Assembly (NCBI GenBank): GCA_040756135.1 | Contig: JBFLZS010000004.1 | Location: 7,469-71,468, forward strand | Direction: 5' to 3' | DNA length: 64,000 nt | From: Nitrospirota bacterium | GTDB taxonomy: Bacteria; Nitrospirota; Thermodesulfovibrionia; Thermodesulfovibrionales; SM23-35 | Shown here: positions 44,262 through 56,723 of the stretch, piece by piece | How positions within the stretch are numbered: position 1 is the stretch's first letter | Layout: each line of letters starts with the position of its first letter | Position numbers and translations under genes: made by a program | The notes under the pieces: model-generated | Databases searched by the model: none | Told to the model about the DNA's origin: nothing | The model's input: only the letters and a program-made list of their open reading frames with translations

Positions 44262-45359
44262 ATGAAGAGGCTTGTTGTAAAGATTGGCAGTAATATACTC
44301 GCTGACGGGAAAAAAGGGCTTGATACAAAAAGGATCTCATCTATAGCACGCGAAATATCTGAACTACAAGATATGGGATATGATATTGTCCTTGTCTCAT
44401 CGGGTGCTATCGCTGCTGGCATGGGTAAACTTAGTTTAAAAGAAAAACCAAGAGATATAAAACTTAAACAGGCTGTTGCGGCAATCGGACAGAGTAGCCT
44501 CATGTGGGCTTATGAGAGGAGCTTTGGAGATTATAGAAAGAAAGTAGCACAGGTGTTACTTACACGAGATGATCTTTCTGACCGGAAAAGATACATTAAC
44601 TCTAAGAACACACTTCTTACATTACTTTTATATAAGATTATCCCAATAATAAACGAAAATGATACCGTTGCAACTGATGAGATAAGGTTTGGAGATAATG
44701 ACTATCTTGCCTCTCTCGTTGCAAGTCTTATAGAGGCTGAGAGGCTTATAATACTTTCAGATGTTGATGGGCTTTATACAGAAGACCCGAGGCGAAGTGT
44801 AAAGGCAAAGATTATTGATTATGTGGAGGAAATAACGCCCGAAATCGAGGAAAAAGCAGGAGGTACAGGAAGCGCAGTGGGTACAGGAGGAATGTATTCA
44901 AAACTCCTTGCTGCTAAACAGGCAGTTAGTCATGGTATCATTGTGCATATAATCAGCGGGAGAAAGGATGGACTCCTGACGTCTCTTGTGCAAGGTAAAC
45001 ATTGTGGGACTATATTCGAGCCAAAAAAGGAAAAGTTGTCGTCAAGGAAGGGCTGGATTGCTTATGGCAGCCGTTCAAAAGGAAGCCTTATTATAGATGA
45101 AGGTGCAATAAAGGCACTGATACAGGGGGGCAAGAGCCTTCTTCCTTCAGGTATTGTCACTGTTGAGGGTGATTTTGACACAGGCGATGCAGTCTACTGC
45201 CTTGATTCAAAAGGGAACCGTATTGCTAAAGGTCTGACCAATTATTCATCTTCAGAGATTGACAAAATAAAGGGCAGAAAGACATCAGAGATTGAAAAGG
45301 TTCTCGGGTATAAATACTCTGATGAGGCGATACACAGAGACAATTTGGTGTTATTGTAA
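44262..45359 (+). CDS. proB: glutamate 5-kinase (with PUA domain)
   Basis: MKRLVVKIGSN.., NENDTVA and a C-terminal PUA domain. ATG 44262 is preferred over the TTG at 44241. Confidence 0.92.
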   Translation: MKRLVVKIGSNILADGKKGLDTKRISSIAREISELQDMGYDIVLVSSGAIAAGMGKLSLKEKPRDIKLKQAVAAIGQSSLMWAYERSFGDYRKKVAQVLLTRDDLSDRKRYINSKNTLLTLLLYKIIPIINENDTVATDEIRFGDNDYLASLVASLIEAERLIILSDVDGLYTEDPRRSVKAKIIDYVEEITPEIEEKAGGTGSAVGTGGMYSKLLAAKQAVSHGIIVHIISGRKDGLLTSLVQGKHCGTIFEPKKEKLSSRKGWIAYGSRSKGSLIIDEGAIKALIQGGKSLLPSGIVTVEGDFDTGDAVYCLDSKGNRIAKGLTNYSSSEIDKIKGRKTSEIEKVLGYKYSDEAIHRDNLVLL

Positions 45360-45371
45360 ACTTAAAAATTC

Positions 45372-46379
45372 TTACACTATTCCTTCTTTCAGTATATCAT
45401 GCAGGTGAATAATCCCAATAGGTTTCCCTTTATTATCAGGCACCACAAGTGCCGTTATTGAATAGCTCTCCATAATGGATAATGCCTTTGCCGCAAGTTC
45501 TTCTTCAGATACTGTCTTTGGATTTCTTGTCATGACTTCACCTGCTGATAAATCAAAGAGCTTTCCTCCCCATCTTTCTAATCCCCTTCTTACATCTCCA
45601 TCTGTTATTACTCCGGCAATTTTTCCGTCATCGTCTAAAACAATAGTATGACCGAGCCTCTTGGATGACATTTCTATAACTGCCTTAGACATTGGAGTTT
45701 CGGGTAACACTAAAGGCAGACTTTCACCAGTAAGCATTAAATCTTTTACCTTAATAAGAAGCTTTTTGCCGATGCTGCCCCTCGGATGGAAAAAGGCAAA
45801 ATCTTCTTCTTTAAACCCTCTCTTTAAAAGCAATGCAACTGCAAGGGCATCACCCATCGCCATTGCCGCTGTTGTCGATGCGGTGGGAACAACACCAATA
45901 GGGTATGCCTCTTTTTTTACAGAGACATCGAGGGTAACATCTGCTACCTTTGAAAGGGTTGCATTCGGATTGCCTGTTATTGAGATGATGTGAACATTAA
46001 ACCTTTTTAGAAAAGGTATGAGTCCAAGAATCTCTTCTGTCTCACCGCTATTTGAGATGGCGATAATGACGTCATCCGAAGTAACCATCCCGAGGTCACC
46101 ATGGCTTGCCTCAGCAGGATGAAGAAAGAATGCGGGTGTACCGGTTGATGCAAGTGTGGCTGCTATTTTCTTGCCCACGAGACCTGACTTACCCATCCCC
46201 GTGATAACGACTCTCCCTTTACTTGAATAAACAATATCTACTGCCTTCTCAAAATTACTGTTGAGTTTCTCGATCAAGGCATAAACAGCATCAGCTTCTG
46301 TCTTTAAAACCTTTTTCGCTATATCAAGGATACTGACCTTAGAACGGGCTTTCTTTTCCAATGCCTTTTTCTTCCCCAT
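45372..46379 (-). CDS. kdsD: arabinose-5-phosphate isomerase (KdsD/KpsF, SIS plus 2xCBS)
   Basis: SIS domain (VITGMGKSGLVGKKIAATLASTGTP) followed by a tandem CBS pair. Confidence 0.88.
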   Translation of the reverse strand: MGKKKALEKKARSKVSILDIAKKVLKTEADAVYALIEKLNSNFEKAVDIVYSSKGRVVITGMGKSGLVGKKIAATLASTGTPAFFLHPAEASHGDLGMVTSDDVIIAISNSGETEEILGLIPFLKRFNVHIISITGNPNATLSKVADVTLDVSVKKEAYPIGVVPTASTTAAMAMGDALAVALLLKRGFKEEDFAFFHPRGSIGKKLLIKVKDLMLTGESLPLVLPETPMSKAVIEMSSKRLGHTIVLDDDGKIAGVITDGDVRRGLERWGGKLFDLSAGEVMTRNPKTVSEEELAAKALSIMESYSITALVVPDNKGKPIGIIHLHDILKEGIV

Positions 46380-46516
46380 ATCCCCTCTTCGCTTTATTGT
46401 AGAAGTATAGCCAAAAATACCAAGATATTATATCTCATAACCTCTTTTTTAAAAAGAATTTTAAGCATCATATTTCGTCAGTCTTAAACAAATAAAACAA
46501 GAAATTGCTTCAAAAA

Positions 46517-47362
46517 TTATAATGAGTTGCAGGATATCGAAAGAGACTTCACTGATTGGTCTATTGCCTTAACAGAGGCCAGAAGTTTCTCTACTTCATC
46601 CAGTTTTATCATATTCGGGCCATCGCATAAGGCCTTATCAGGCTCCGGATGGACCTCCATGAATAGCCCATCAACACCAACCGCTACTGCTGCCCTCGCA
46701 AGAGGTTCTGCAAATTCCTTCTGACCGCCTGAACAGTTTCCCCGCCCTCCTGGAAGTTGTAGACTATGAGTAACATCAAAGATGACAGGGTATCCAAAGG
46801 ACCTCATTATAGATAATCCCCTGAAGTCAACGACAAGATTGTTATATCCAAAAGAAGTACCCCGCTCTGTAATAAAAATATTCTGGTTTCCTGTTGATGT
46901 GAACTTCTCTATTATATTTTTAATGTCCCAAGGCGCAAGGAATTGCCCCTTTTTGACATTAACAGGTTTTCCTGTCTTTGATGCAGAAAGGATTAGATCA
47001 GTCTGCCTGGATAAAAAAGCAGGAACCTGAAGGACATCAAGAATATCTGCAGCAGGCTTGACCTCCTCTACTGAATGTACATCTGAGATTACAGGGATGT
47101 TAAATTTGCTCCTGACGTCGGAAAGTACCTTTAATCCCTTCTCTAAGCCGGGTCCTCTAAAGGAAGAGATAGAGGTTCGATTAGCCTTATCATAGGAACT
47201 CTTGAATAGAAGAGGGAGACCAATTCGTTCACATATCTTTTTCAGTCTTTCCGCAGTGTAAAATATAACTTCTTCGCTTTCGATAACGCATGGCCCGGCA
47301 ATAATGAAAAGAGGATTATTACCTCCAAGCCTTGTATTTGCTATATTTATTTCCTTCGTCAA
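46517..47362 (-). CDS. kdsA: 3-deoxy-8-phosphooctulonate synthase
   Basis: 281 aa with FKSSYDKANRTS, VQVPAFLSRQTDL and DVTHSLQ. Confidence 0.92.
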   Translation of the reverse strand: MTKEINIANTRLGGNNPLFIIAGPCVIESEEVIFYTAERLKKICERIGLPLLFKSSYDKANRTSISSFRGPGLEKGLKVLSDVRSKFNIPVISDVHSVEEVKPAADILDVLQVPAFLSRQTDLILSASKTGKPVNVKKGQFLAPWDIKNIIEKFTSTGNQNIFITERGTSFGYNNLVVDFRGLSIMRSFGYPVIFDVTHSLQLPGGRGNCSGGQKEFAEPLARAAVAVGVDGLFMEVHPEPDKALCDGPNMIKLDEVEKLLASVKAIDQSVKSLSISCNSL

Positions 47363-47364
47363 TA

Positions 47365-49829
<2,465 letters not shown>

Positions 49830-49935
49830 TATGTAGTATTATTATATATTTCTTTATCATAACTTGACAATGTTTTTTTATAAACAGTATATTCTCTCTT
49901 TAGTTTATAAAAAGTAAAGTAGAAAAGGAAGATAT

Positions 49936-51603
49936 ATGGCAACAAAACACAAGATTCCAGGCTCTCCGTGGAGGGCATATATTGAGAGTGCATTTTTTGC
50001 AAATTCTGTAAGAAAGACAACGATGGCTGAACTCTATAAACTCGCTACAACACAACCCGAAGTTGTCACAACCTCTGAGCCTATATATAAGCCGGAGCAG
50101 TTTGGACTTCCTAAGAATGCTAATGTCCTTATCTCTAATGATGGAGGAATTGTAGGACGGACAGCGAGGTCAAGGCGGTTAGTTCGTGAAATGGGGAAGG
50201 ATAGGGATAGGGATAGATATCTATCCCTTATAGGAGAGGCCGTTTACAATTTCAACCGACGTGAGGGGTTGTGGCTTGAAGGGATTGTTGGGTTGCATCC
50301 CGATTTTATGGTTAAGGCACATCTTTTGAGCCCTGCAACTGATGCGAAGAACATGCTTGATTGGGGTTTCAATTTTACCCCATGGATGAAACCATGGAGT
50401 GACCTGTATGTGAAGTCACGTATATTAGATGAGCCAGATATACTCGTATTTGCTGACCCTGAATGGTCGCATCCTGATTTCCCCAGTGGACTTGTCATTA
50501 TCGATGAGATGCAAAATTGTATCGCTATTTTAGGATTACGCTATTTCGGTGAGAGGAAAAAGGGTACACTGACTCTTGCCTGGACTATTGGTGTTCGACA
50601 GAATATGGTTGCCTGCCATGGGGGCATTAAGAAGATTGGCAACAAACCTCCGGTTGCTGTATTCGGGCTGTCTGGTTCTGGAAAATCTTCAATTACCAAT
50701 AGCCATGATCATGCAGGGACATTAAGAGAGGATGAAAAGGTTACCGTTATTCATGATGATGCATTCTTAATAGACCTGGAACATGACTTTACCGTTGCGC
50801 TTGAGCCGAGTCTTTTCGATAAAACAGATGCAGTTGAATTTCAGGATGATATAATCAAGTATTTCTATTCAGCCCAGAATGTAGCTGTAACAGAGCTCCC
50901 TGATGGCAGTAAGAAAATGGTCTGTGCAGATATCAGGAACGACAACGGTCGTTGTATTAAGACAAGGGATATGTTTAACCATGCAGATTTCTGCGAAAGA
51001 CCATGCATGGTCATATGGTTACAGAAGGATACAAGCCTGCCACCTATCTGCAAGGTTAATTCAATAAACCTTGCTGTGGCCATGGGGGCATCACTGAGCA
51101 CAATGCGTGCTAAAGGGGTAGAAAATGTTGACCCGAAGGAACTCGAAAAATTAGTGATTGAGCCCTTTGCAAACCCATTCAGGGTTCACCCACTTTTAGA
51201 AGATTGCATACAATTTAAAAAACTGTTCAAACTGGGGACAGAATGCTATATTATGAACACGCATGCCTTTGGTCTGCCAAGGACTCTGGTAGATATTCCG
51301 AAGGATCTCTCGCTCTCCATTGTCACAGAACTGGTAAGGGGGAACATCGAGTGGAGGGAATGGAAGGCGTTTCAGGGACTTTTACTACCCAAAAACGGGA
51401 AAGAGTTGTTTGGTGCTGATTATGATAAAAAATATAAGCCAACAAGGGATCCAGAGTATCTTAGATTCTTGCGCGACAGGATGCAGGACCGTATTACTTA
51501 CTTATCTAACAAGAGAGACATGGAACAAGATATGGACAGTGTCTTTATTGACCCCCTTGTTGCGGCAAGAACTGTGATTGACCAGATTTTGCACCCTATT
51601 TAG
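49936..51603 (+). CDS. PEP carboxykinase (ATP)-family protein, divergent
   Basis: 555 aa with a kinase-1a-like loop FGLSGSGKSSITN and an overall PckA-like length. The assignment is recall-based. Confidence 0.55.
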   Translation: MATKHKIPGSPWRAYIESAFFANSVRKTTMAELYKLATTQPEVVTTSEPIYKPEQFGLPKNANVLISNDGGIVGRTARSRRLVREMGKDRDRDRYLSLIGEAVYNFNRREGLWLEGIVGLHPDFMVKAHLLSPATDAKNMLDWGFNFTPWMKPWSDLYVKSRILDEPDILVFADPEWSHPDFPSGLVIIDEMQNCIAILGLRYFGERKKGTLTLAWTIGVRQNMVACHGGIKKIGNKPPVAVFGLSGSGKSSITNSHDHAGTLREDEKVTVIHDDAFLIDLEHDFTVALEPSLFDKTDAVEFQDDIIKYFYSAQNVAVTELPDGSKKMVCADIRNDNGRCIKTRDMFNHADFCERPCMVIWLQKDTSLPPICKVNSINLAVAMGASLSTMRAKGVENVDPKELEKLVIEPFANPFRVHPLLEDCIQFKKLFKLGTECYIMNTHAFGLPRTLVDIPKDLSLSIVTELVRGNIEWREWKAFQGLLLPKNGKELFGADYDKKYKPTRDPEYLRFLRDRMQDRITYLSNKRDMEQDMDSVFIDPLVAARTVIDQILHPI

Positions 51604-51618
51604 AAAGGCCATAATGTT

Positions 51619-52308
51619 TTGGATTTCTCGAGTATCGCAAGGCAGATAATCATATCGGTATTCCCTATCCTGATAGCTATTATATTTCATGAGCTTTCTC
51701 ATGGTTTTGTTGCAAACAGATTGGGTGACCCGACAGCCAAGATGATGGGCAGGCTTACACTGAATCCGATAGCCCATATTGACCCGATCGGAACGATACT
51801 AATGCCCCTTATGCTTTTAATTTTTACTAATGGTCAGTTTGTTTTTGGATATGCAAAACCAGTCCCTATAAATCCGATGAACTTCAAAAATCCTAAAAGG
51901 GATATGGCAATTTCAGCGGCTGCAGGTCCAATAACAAATATCCTTCTTGCAATTCTTAGTGCATTAACCCTTCATTTTCTGCTGAAACCTTTATTAAATT
52001 TCCTGCCCGGATATATTTCGAATATTGTTATTCTGCCTTTGCTGATGATATTTACATATTCAGCTCTTGTGAATATTGTCTTAGCATGTTTTAACATGAT
52101 ACCGATACCTCCTCTTGATGGGGGAAGAGTATTGACCGGTTTACTCCCGTATAAACAGGCGATCTCATTCAGTAAAATAGAACCCTTTGGTTTTCTGATT
52201 GTTATTTTACTGATAGTTACAAATATAGCAAACTATTTCATCGTTCCTTTCATATTCTTTTTTGTGAATCTACTTCAACTTAAATATTTCTTGGCATTAC
52301 TCCATTAA
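51619..52308 (+). CDS. M50-family site-2 protease-like membrane metalloprotease
   Basis: HELSHGFVA (HExxH) in the first TM region, and NMIPIPPLDGGRV (the NxxPxxxLDG motif). Confidence 0.8.
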   Translation: MDFSSIARQIIISVFPILIAIIFHELSHGFVANRLGDPTAKMMGRLTLNPIAHIDPIGTILMPLMLLIFTNGQFVFGYAKPVPINPMNFKNPKRDMAISAAAGPITNILLAILSALTLHFLLKPLLNFLPGYISNIVILPLLMIFTYSALVNIVLACFNMIPIPPLDGGRVLTGLLPYKQAISFSKIEPFGFLIVILLIVTNIANYFIVPFIFFFVNLLQLKYFLALLH

Positions 52309-52403
52309 ATAATCGAGGATTGGTTCCTTCCTGAATTGCAAGATCAAATACTCATTTGGAAACACGGGGATATTGAATGGAAATTTATGGTAAAAGCGGA
52401 TAA

Positions 52404-52685
52404 CTACGGATGACTGCCAACGTGTGCGCTGAACCTCCCTTCAAGCTCACCCAGCTTATTCGCCAGAAGCATATAATCTCTTTCAAAATGGCTTACTATA
52501 GCCCTTATATCAACCTCAATACGCTCAAGCCTTTTATCCATTTGCTCAAATCGCTTATCCATCTGCTCAAATCGCTTATCCATTTGCTCAAATCTTTTAT
52601 TTGTATCTTCCCTCAGTTTGCCTATTTCATCCCTTATAGATATGAGTATTTCTACTGTAATATCCCTGACCTTCCCTTTCTCCAT
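52404..52685 (-). CDS. small coiled-coil protein with 21-bp (7-aa) tandem repeat
   Basis: 93 aa, KRFEQMD KRFEQMD KRFEQMD KRLERIE. No family was assigned. Confidence 0.55.
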   Translation of the reverse strand: MEKGKVRDITVEILISIRDEIGKLREDTNKRFEQMDKRFEQMDKRFEQMDKRLERIEVDIRAIVSHFERDYMLLANKLGELEGRFSAHVGSHP

Positions 52686-52931
52686 TAAATCTCCTTTTTA
52701 CACAAATTATATCAAAACACATGCTATTATAGCATCTATGTCCTGCGTCATGTAAAATGTAACCATATAGACAATCGTTGCGATATTTATAATATAACTA
52801 CATACTTGTCCAAAATCTTTACCCAGATAGAGATCCTGATAATTCAGATAAATATGATATAATTTAAAACCCTTAAAAATAGAAGGTATAAGGTAAAAAA
52901 TATTTCAAAGATTATATGAGGTAATGGGTAA

Positions 52932-53918
52932 ATGAATAAGGAAAGGGTACTCAGCGGAATGCAGGCAAGTGGAAGGTTGCATCTCGGCAACCTAATAGGG
53001 GCATTGAGCAACTGGGTGGGGCTTCAGGACAAATATGATTGTTATTACTTTGTTGCAGACTGGCATGCACTTACTACAGGATATGCAGACACGTCATCTA
53101 TAAAAGAATCTACAACGGATATTCTCATAAATTTCTTGGCAGCAGGCATTGATCCTGAAAAATGCACGATATTTATTCAATCGAGGGTACTTGAACATGC
53201 AGAGCTACACCTTCTTCTCTCGATGATAACCCCGCTCGGCTGGCTCGAAAGGGTTCCTACGTACAAAGAAAAACAGCAGGAACTCAAAGACAGAGACTTA
53301 TCCACATATGGTTTTCTCGGATACCCGCTCCTTCAGACCGCTGATATTATCATATACAGAGCTAAGTATGTTCCTGTGGGAATTGACCAGGTTCCACACT
53401 TAGAGATAAGTCGAGAGATTACAAGACGTTTTAATTATCTTTATAGAGAAATTTTCCCTGAACCGGAGGCATTGCTTACAGAGTTTCCGAAGGTTGTAGG
53501 AATCGATGGAAGAAAGATGTCAAAGAGTTATGAAAATGCAATATATCTTTCTGACACGCCTGAAGAGGTTGAGCAAAAATTAAGGACTATGGTTACCGAT
53601 CCTGCAAGAATAAAGAGGACAGATACAGGTAACCCAGAGTTATCCCCTGTTTACCAACTCCACAAGATTTTCTCATCAAAAGAGGAGCAGGAAGAGGTAG
53701 CAGAGGGATGTAGAACTGCGGCTATTGGCTGTATTGACTGCAAAAAGATTCTCATCAAGAATGTCTTCAAGGTCATGGATCCAATCTGGACAAAGCGCAA
53801 TGGACTCCTTAATAATCCTGATGTCCTTCATGATATCGTGGATAAAGGAACAGAAAAGGCAAAAAGAGTTGCCGGAGAGACCATGAGACTTGTCAGAGAG
53901 GCAATGGGCTTATATTGA
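52932..53918 (+). CDS. trpS: tryptophan--tRNA ligase
   Basis: 328 aa with a HIGH-type loop (SGRLHLGNLIG), KMSKS and a class Ic architecture. Confidence 0.95.
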   Translation: MNKERVLSGMQASGRLHLGNLIGALSNWVGLQDKYDCYYFVADWHALTTGYADTSSIKESTTDILINFLAAGIDPEKCTIFIQSRVLEHAELHLLLSMITPLGWLERVPTYKEKQQELKDRDLSTYGFLGYPLLQTADIIIYRAKYVPVGIDQVPHLEISREITRRFNYLYREIFPEPEALLTEFPKVVGIDGRKMSKSYENAIYLSDTPEEVEQKLRTMVTDPARIKRTDTGNPELSPVYQLHKIFSSKEEQEEVAEGCRTAAIGCIDCKKILIKNVFKVMDPIWTKRNGLLNNPDVLHDIVDKGTEKAKRVAGETMRLVREAMGLY

Positions 53919-53960
53919 GCCCCTCTTAACAAAAATGCATTAAAATTAGAAAGAGTTTAT

Positions 53961-54275
53961 CTATTTTTTAAAATTCCTCTCGTTATTTCTATGTCGCTTA
54001 ACCGGAACAGGGGAAAGATTTGGGTTGAGGGTATATGCCTCTTTAAAGTATTTTATTGATTCAGAATAATTCTTCATCTTATAGCTGGCATAACCAAGAA
54101 GGTAATAAGCATATGGATCAGGGTTCTTCTCAACATATTCCTTCAGATATTTTGCAGCTTTCTTAAAATCTCCCTTTTTATAAAAAGAGAGGGCATCTTT
54201 AAACCCACCGGTATCTGCAAAAACCAACGAACTCATTAGAAATAAGGCTATTAATCCCAGTATAAAAATTCTCAT
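53961..54275 (-). CDS. TPR-repeat exported protein
   Basis: Signal peptide MRIFILGLIALFLMSSLVFA and TPR motifs (AYYLLGYASYKMKNYSESIKYFKEAY). AGGAGG lies 8 nt upstream and overlaps the PBP1A stop. Confidence 0.7.
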   Translation of the reverse strand: MRIFILGLIALFLMSSLVFADTGGFKDALSFYKKGDFKKAAKYLKEYVEKNPDPYAYYLLGYASYKMKNYSESIKYFKEAYTLNPNLSPVPVKRHRNNERNFKK

Positions 54276-54285
54276 AACAAACCTC

Positions 54286-56595
54286 CTAATCAAAATTAAG
54301 ATCCTTGTATCTATCCTTTGTCCCGAGGATAGAGGTAGATGGTGCATACTGTCTTGGCTCTGAACCTTCCTTGAAATATTCTTTAATACCCGCTGATTCG
54401 TCCTTTGATAAAAGTCCTGTCACAGGATCTATAGTATGACTAACTATGCCTTCAGGGATAGGGAATTCTTCAACCTCCCCGCTCAGGAAATCCTTCATAA
54501 AATACACCCAGAGAGGAGACGCTGCGCGAGCACCTGTCTCCCGAGGACCGAGTGACCTCATATCGTCAAAGCCAACCCACGCAACAGAGACTAAATTTGT
54601 TGAATAGCCTACAAACCATGCATCCCTGTACTCATTTGTTGTCCCGGTCTTTCCAGCAACCGGCCTGCCGAGTGCCTTTGCCCTCCATCCCGTGCCGTTT
54701 TTTACAACATCCTCCATCATCGAGGTTATCAGGAATGCAGTCTGTGGACTTATAACCTCCTCTGCTTCTGGTTCATTGCTTTCGAGAACCTTACCTTTTG
54801 AATCAGTGATATATTTTACTGCAATAGGTTTTATCTTCATGCCACCATTCGCAAATACGCTGTAACTCAAGGCAAGATCAAAAGGAGTAAGACTTAATGA
54901 ACCGAGAGCTACTGTAAGATCTCTCGGCATGTCACTCTGAATGCCCACAGTTCTTGCAAATTCCAGCAGGTTATCTATTCCTACAGCATCGACTAATTTC
55001 ACTGTAACGACATTTCTTGAATAAGTTAATGCCTCTCTAAGAGTTGTAGGCCCATAAAATTTGTGGTCATAGTTTTCAGGACTCCATTCCCCTTTTGGTC
55101 CTCCTTGGTAGGTCACGGGTTCATCTACCATGATGCTTGCAGGGGTAAAGCCGTAGTCAAGAGCGGCTGCATATATAATCGGCTTGAATGCAGAACCTGG
55201 CTGGCGTCTTGCATATATGGCCCTGTTAAACTCGCTTTTTACAAAATCATACCCGCCGATAATTGCCCTGATAAATCCGGTATCAGGCTCTAAAGACACT
55301 AAGGCTCCTTCTACTTCCGGTTCCTGCTCAAGTGAAAGTCGGACATCGCTGCCACGTATACTTTTTATGCTTACCTTTACTATATCTCCGGGTTTAAGAA
55401 TCTGTGTCAGCCTGAAATCTTTCAAAACCTTGCCAGTCTTCTTCTTCGGGTCGATGACATTTGAAGCCCATGTTGCATCCTCGATTAAAAGCCTCCCTAT
55501 AATGCCTCTTGTTTTTATTATGGCCTCATTATTACTAACCTTTAGAACAAGTCCTGAAGAGATATCACCTGGGGTTGTGACAACCGAGGTTGTGAACTCT
55601 TTCACTTTCATCTCTTTTTCAAAATCAATGTCTGTTTTATGTTCTAACGGACCACGCCATCCTCTTCTTTTGTCAAGCTCCCTTAGCCCTTGCTGCAGGG
55701 CCTTCGCAGCCGACAATTGTGCCCTTCTATCTAATGTTGTATATACCTTCAACCCCTTTTTATATACTGCCTCTTCACCATATTTTTCTTCAAGATATTT
55801 TCTTATATAATCTATGAAGTAGTTGTTTGCCTCTATGCCCTTCCTCGTGCTTGAAAGATAAACGGGCTGTCTTAGTGCATTATCTTTTTCGGATCTTTTA
55901 ATAAAACCTTCTTCCTCCATGCGCGAAAGTACGATACTCTGTCTCTCCTTTGCCTTTGCCAGATTATTGTAAGGGGAATATAATAAAGGCGCCTTTATGA
56001 GACCTGCAATAAACGCAGCTTCAGACAAGGTTATATCTTTAACCGATTTCCCAAAATATATCCTCGAAGCCATCTCAACACCATATGCACCATGGCCGAA
56101 ATAGACCTTATTCAGGTAGAGTTCGAGTATCTCTTTCTTTGAGAGGTTCTTTTCTATCTTTATAGCGAGCGCTGCCTCCCTGAGCTTTCTTTTAAGGGTT
56201 TTCTCCGGTGTAAGAAACATCACCTTTGCAAGCTGCTGGGTTATTGTGCTTCCGCCCTCCTTGAGTTCCACATAAAGAATGTCCTTGATGACCGCCCTCG
56301 CTATGGCAAGATAATCAATTCCCTTATGCCTCCAGAACCTTGAATCTTCAACCGCTATCACAGCATTTATTACGTGTTCTGGTATCTTATCCAGTGGGAC
56401 AAATATACCTTTTTCTACTTTGAGTTCTCCTATAAGGACATCATCGTCAGCATATATCTTTGTGCCTGCTGTAGGCCTGTATTGCTTAATCTCTTCAATT
56501 GATGGCATACCTCTGCTGACCGCCAGATAGCCCCCAGCAGAGGTACCAAGTAAGATTGAAAAGGATGCGAGGATAATAATAAATTTCAGTCTCAT
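54286..56595 (-). CDS. penicillin-binding protein 1A (bifunctional transglycosylase/transpeptidase)
   Basis: GT51 motifs (EDSRFWRHKGID, GGSTITQQ) and TP motifs (SAFKP, SRN, KTGTT). ATG 56595 is preferred over the TTG at 56631. Confidence 0.92.
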   Translation of the reverse strand: MRLKFIIILASFSILLGTSAGGYLAVSRGMPSIEEIKQYRPTAGTKIYADDDVLIGELKVEKGIFVPLDKIPEHVINAVIAVEDSRFWRHKGIDYLAIARAVIKDILYVELKEGGSTITQQLAKVMFLTPEKTLKRKLREAALAIKIEKNLSKKEILELYLNKVYFGHGAYGVEMASRIYFGKSVKDITLSEAAFIAGLIKAPLLYSPYNNLAKAKERQSIVLSRMEEEGFIKRSEKDNALRQPVYLSSTRKGIEANNYFIDYIRKYLEEKYGEEAVYKKGLKVYTTLDRRAQLSAAKALQQGLRELDKRRGWRGPLEHKTDIDFEKEMKVKEFTTSVVTTPGDISSGLVLKVSNNEAIIKTRGIIGRLLIEDATWASNVIDPKKKTGKVLKDFRLTQILKPGDIVKVSIKSIRGSDVRLSLEQEPEVEGALVSLEPDTGFIRAIIGGYDFVKSEFNRAIYARRQPGSAFKPIIYAAALDYGFTPASIMVDEPVTYQGGPKGEWSPENYDHKFYGPTTLREALTYSRNVVTVKLVDAVGIDNLLEFARTVGIQSDMPRDLTVALGSLSLTPFDLALSYSVFANGGMKIKPIAVKYITDSKGKVLESNEPEAEEVISPQTAFLITSMMEDVVKNGTGWRAKALGRPVAGKTGTTNEYRDAWFVGYSTNLVSVAWVGFDDMRSLGPRETGARAASPLWVYFMKDFLSGEVEEFPIPEGIVSHTIDPVTGLLSKDESAGIKEYFKEGSEPRQYAPSTSILGTKDRYKDLNFD

Positions 56596-56723
56596 TTTTG
56601 AATTATAACTTTGATAAAGAAGACGTGTCAAAACAACATTAGGTGAGGAAACATTAAAACTTCTTGCAACAGGCTATTTTACTAAAAATGGATTACCTTC
56701 AGATTAAAAAATTTATAGATTAT

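Noticed and set aside
52690-52931. A possible T-box leader upstream of trpS.
   Set aside because: No specifier-loop and terminator/antiterminator architecture or conserved T-box sequence was visible. The region is plain AT-rich promoter DNA.
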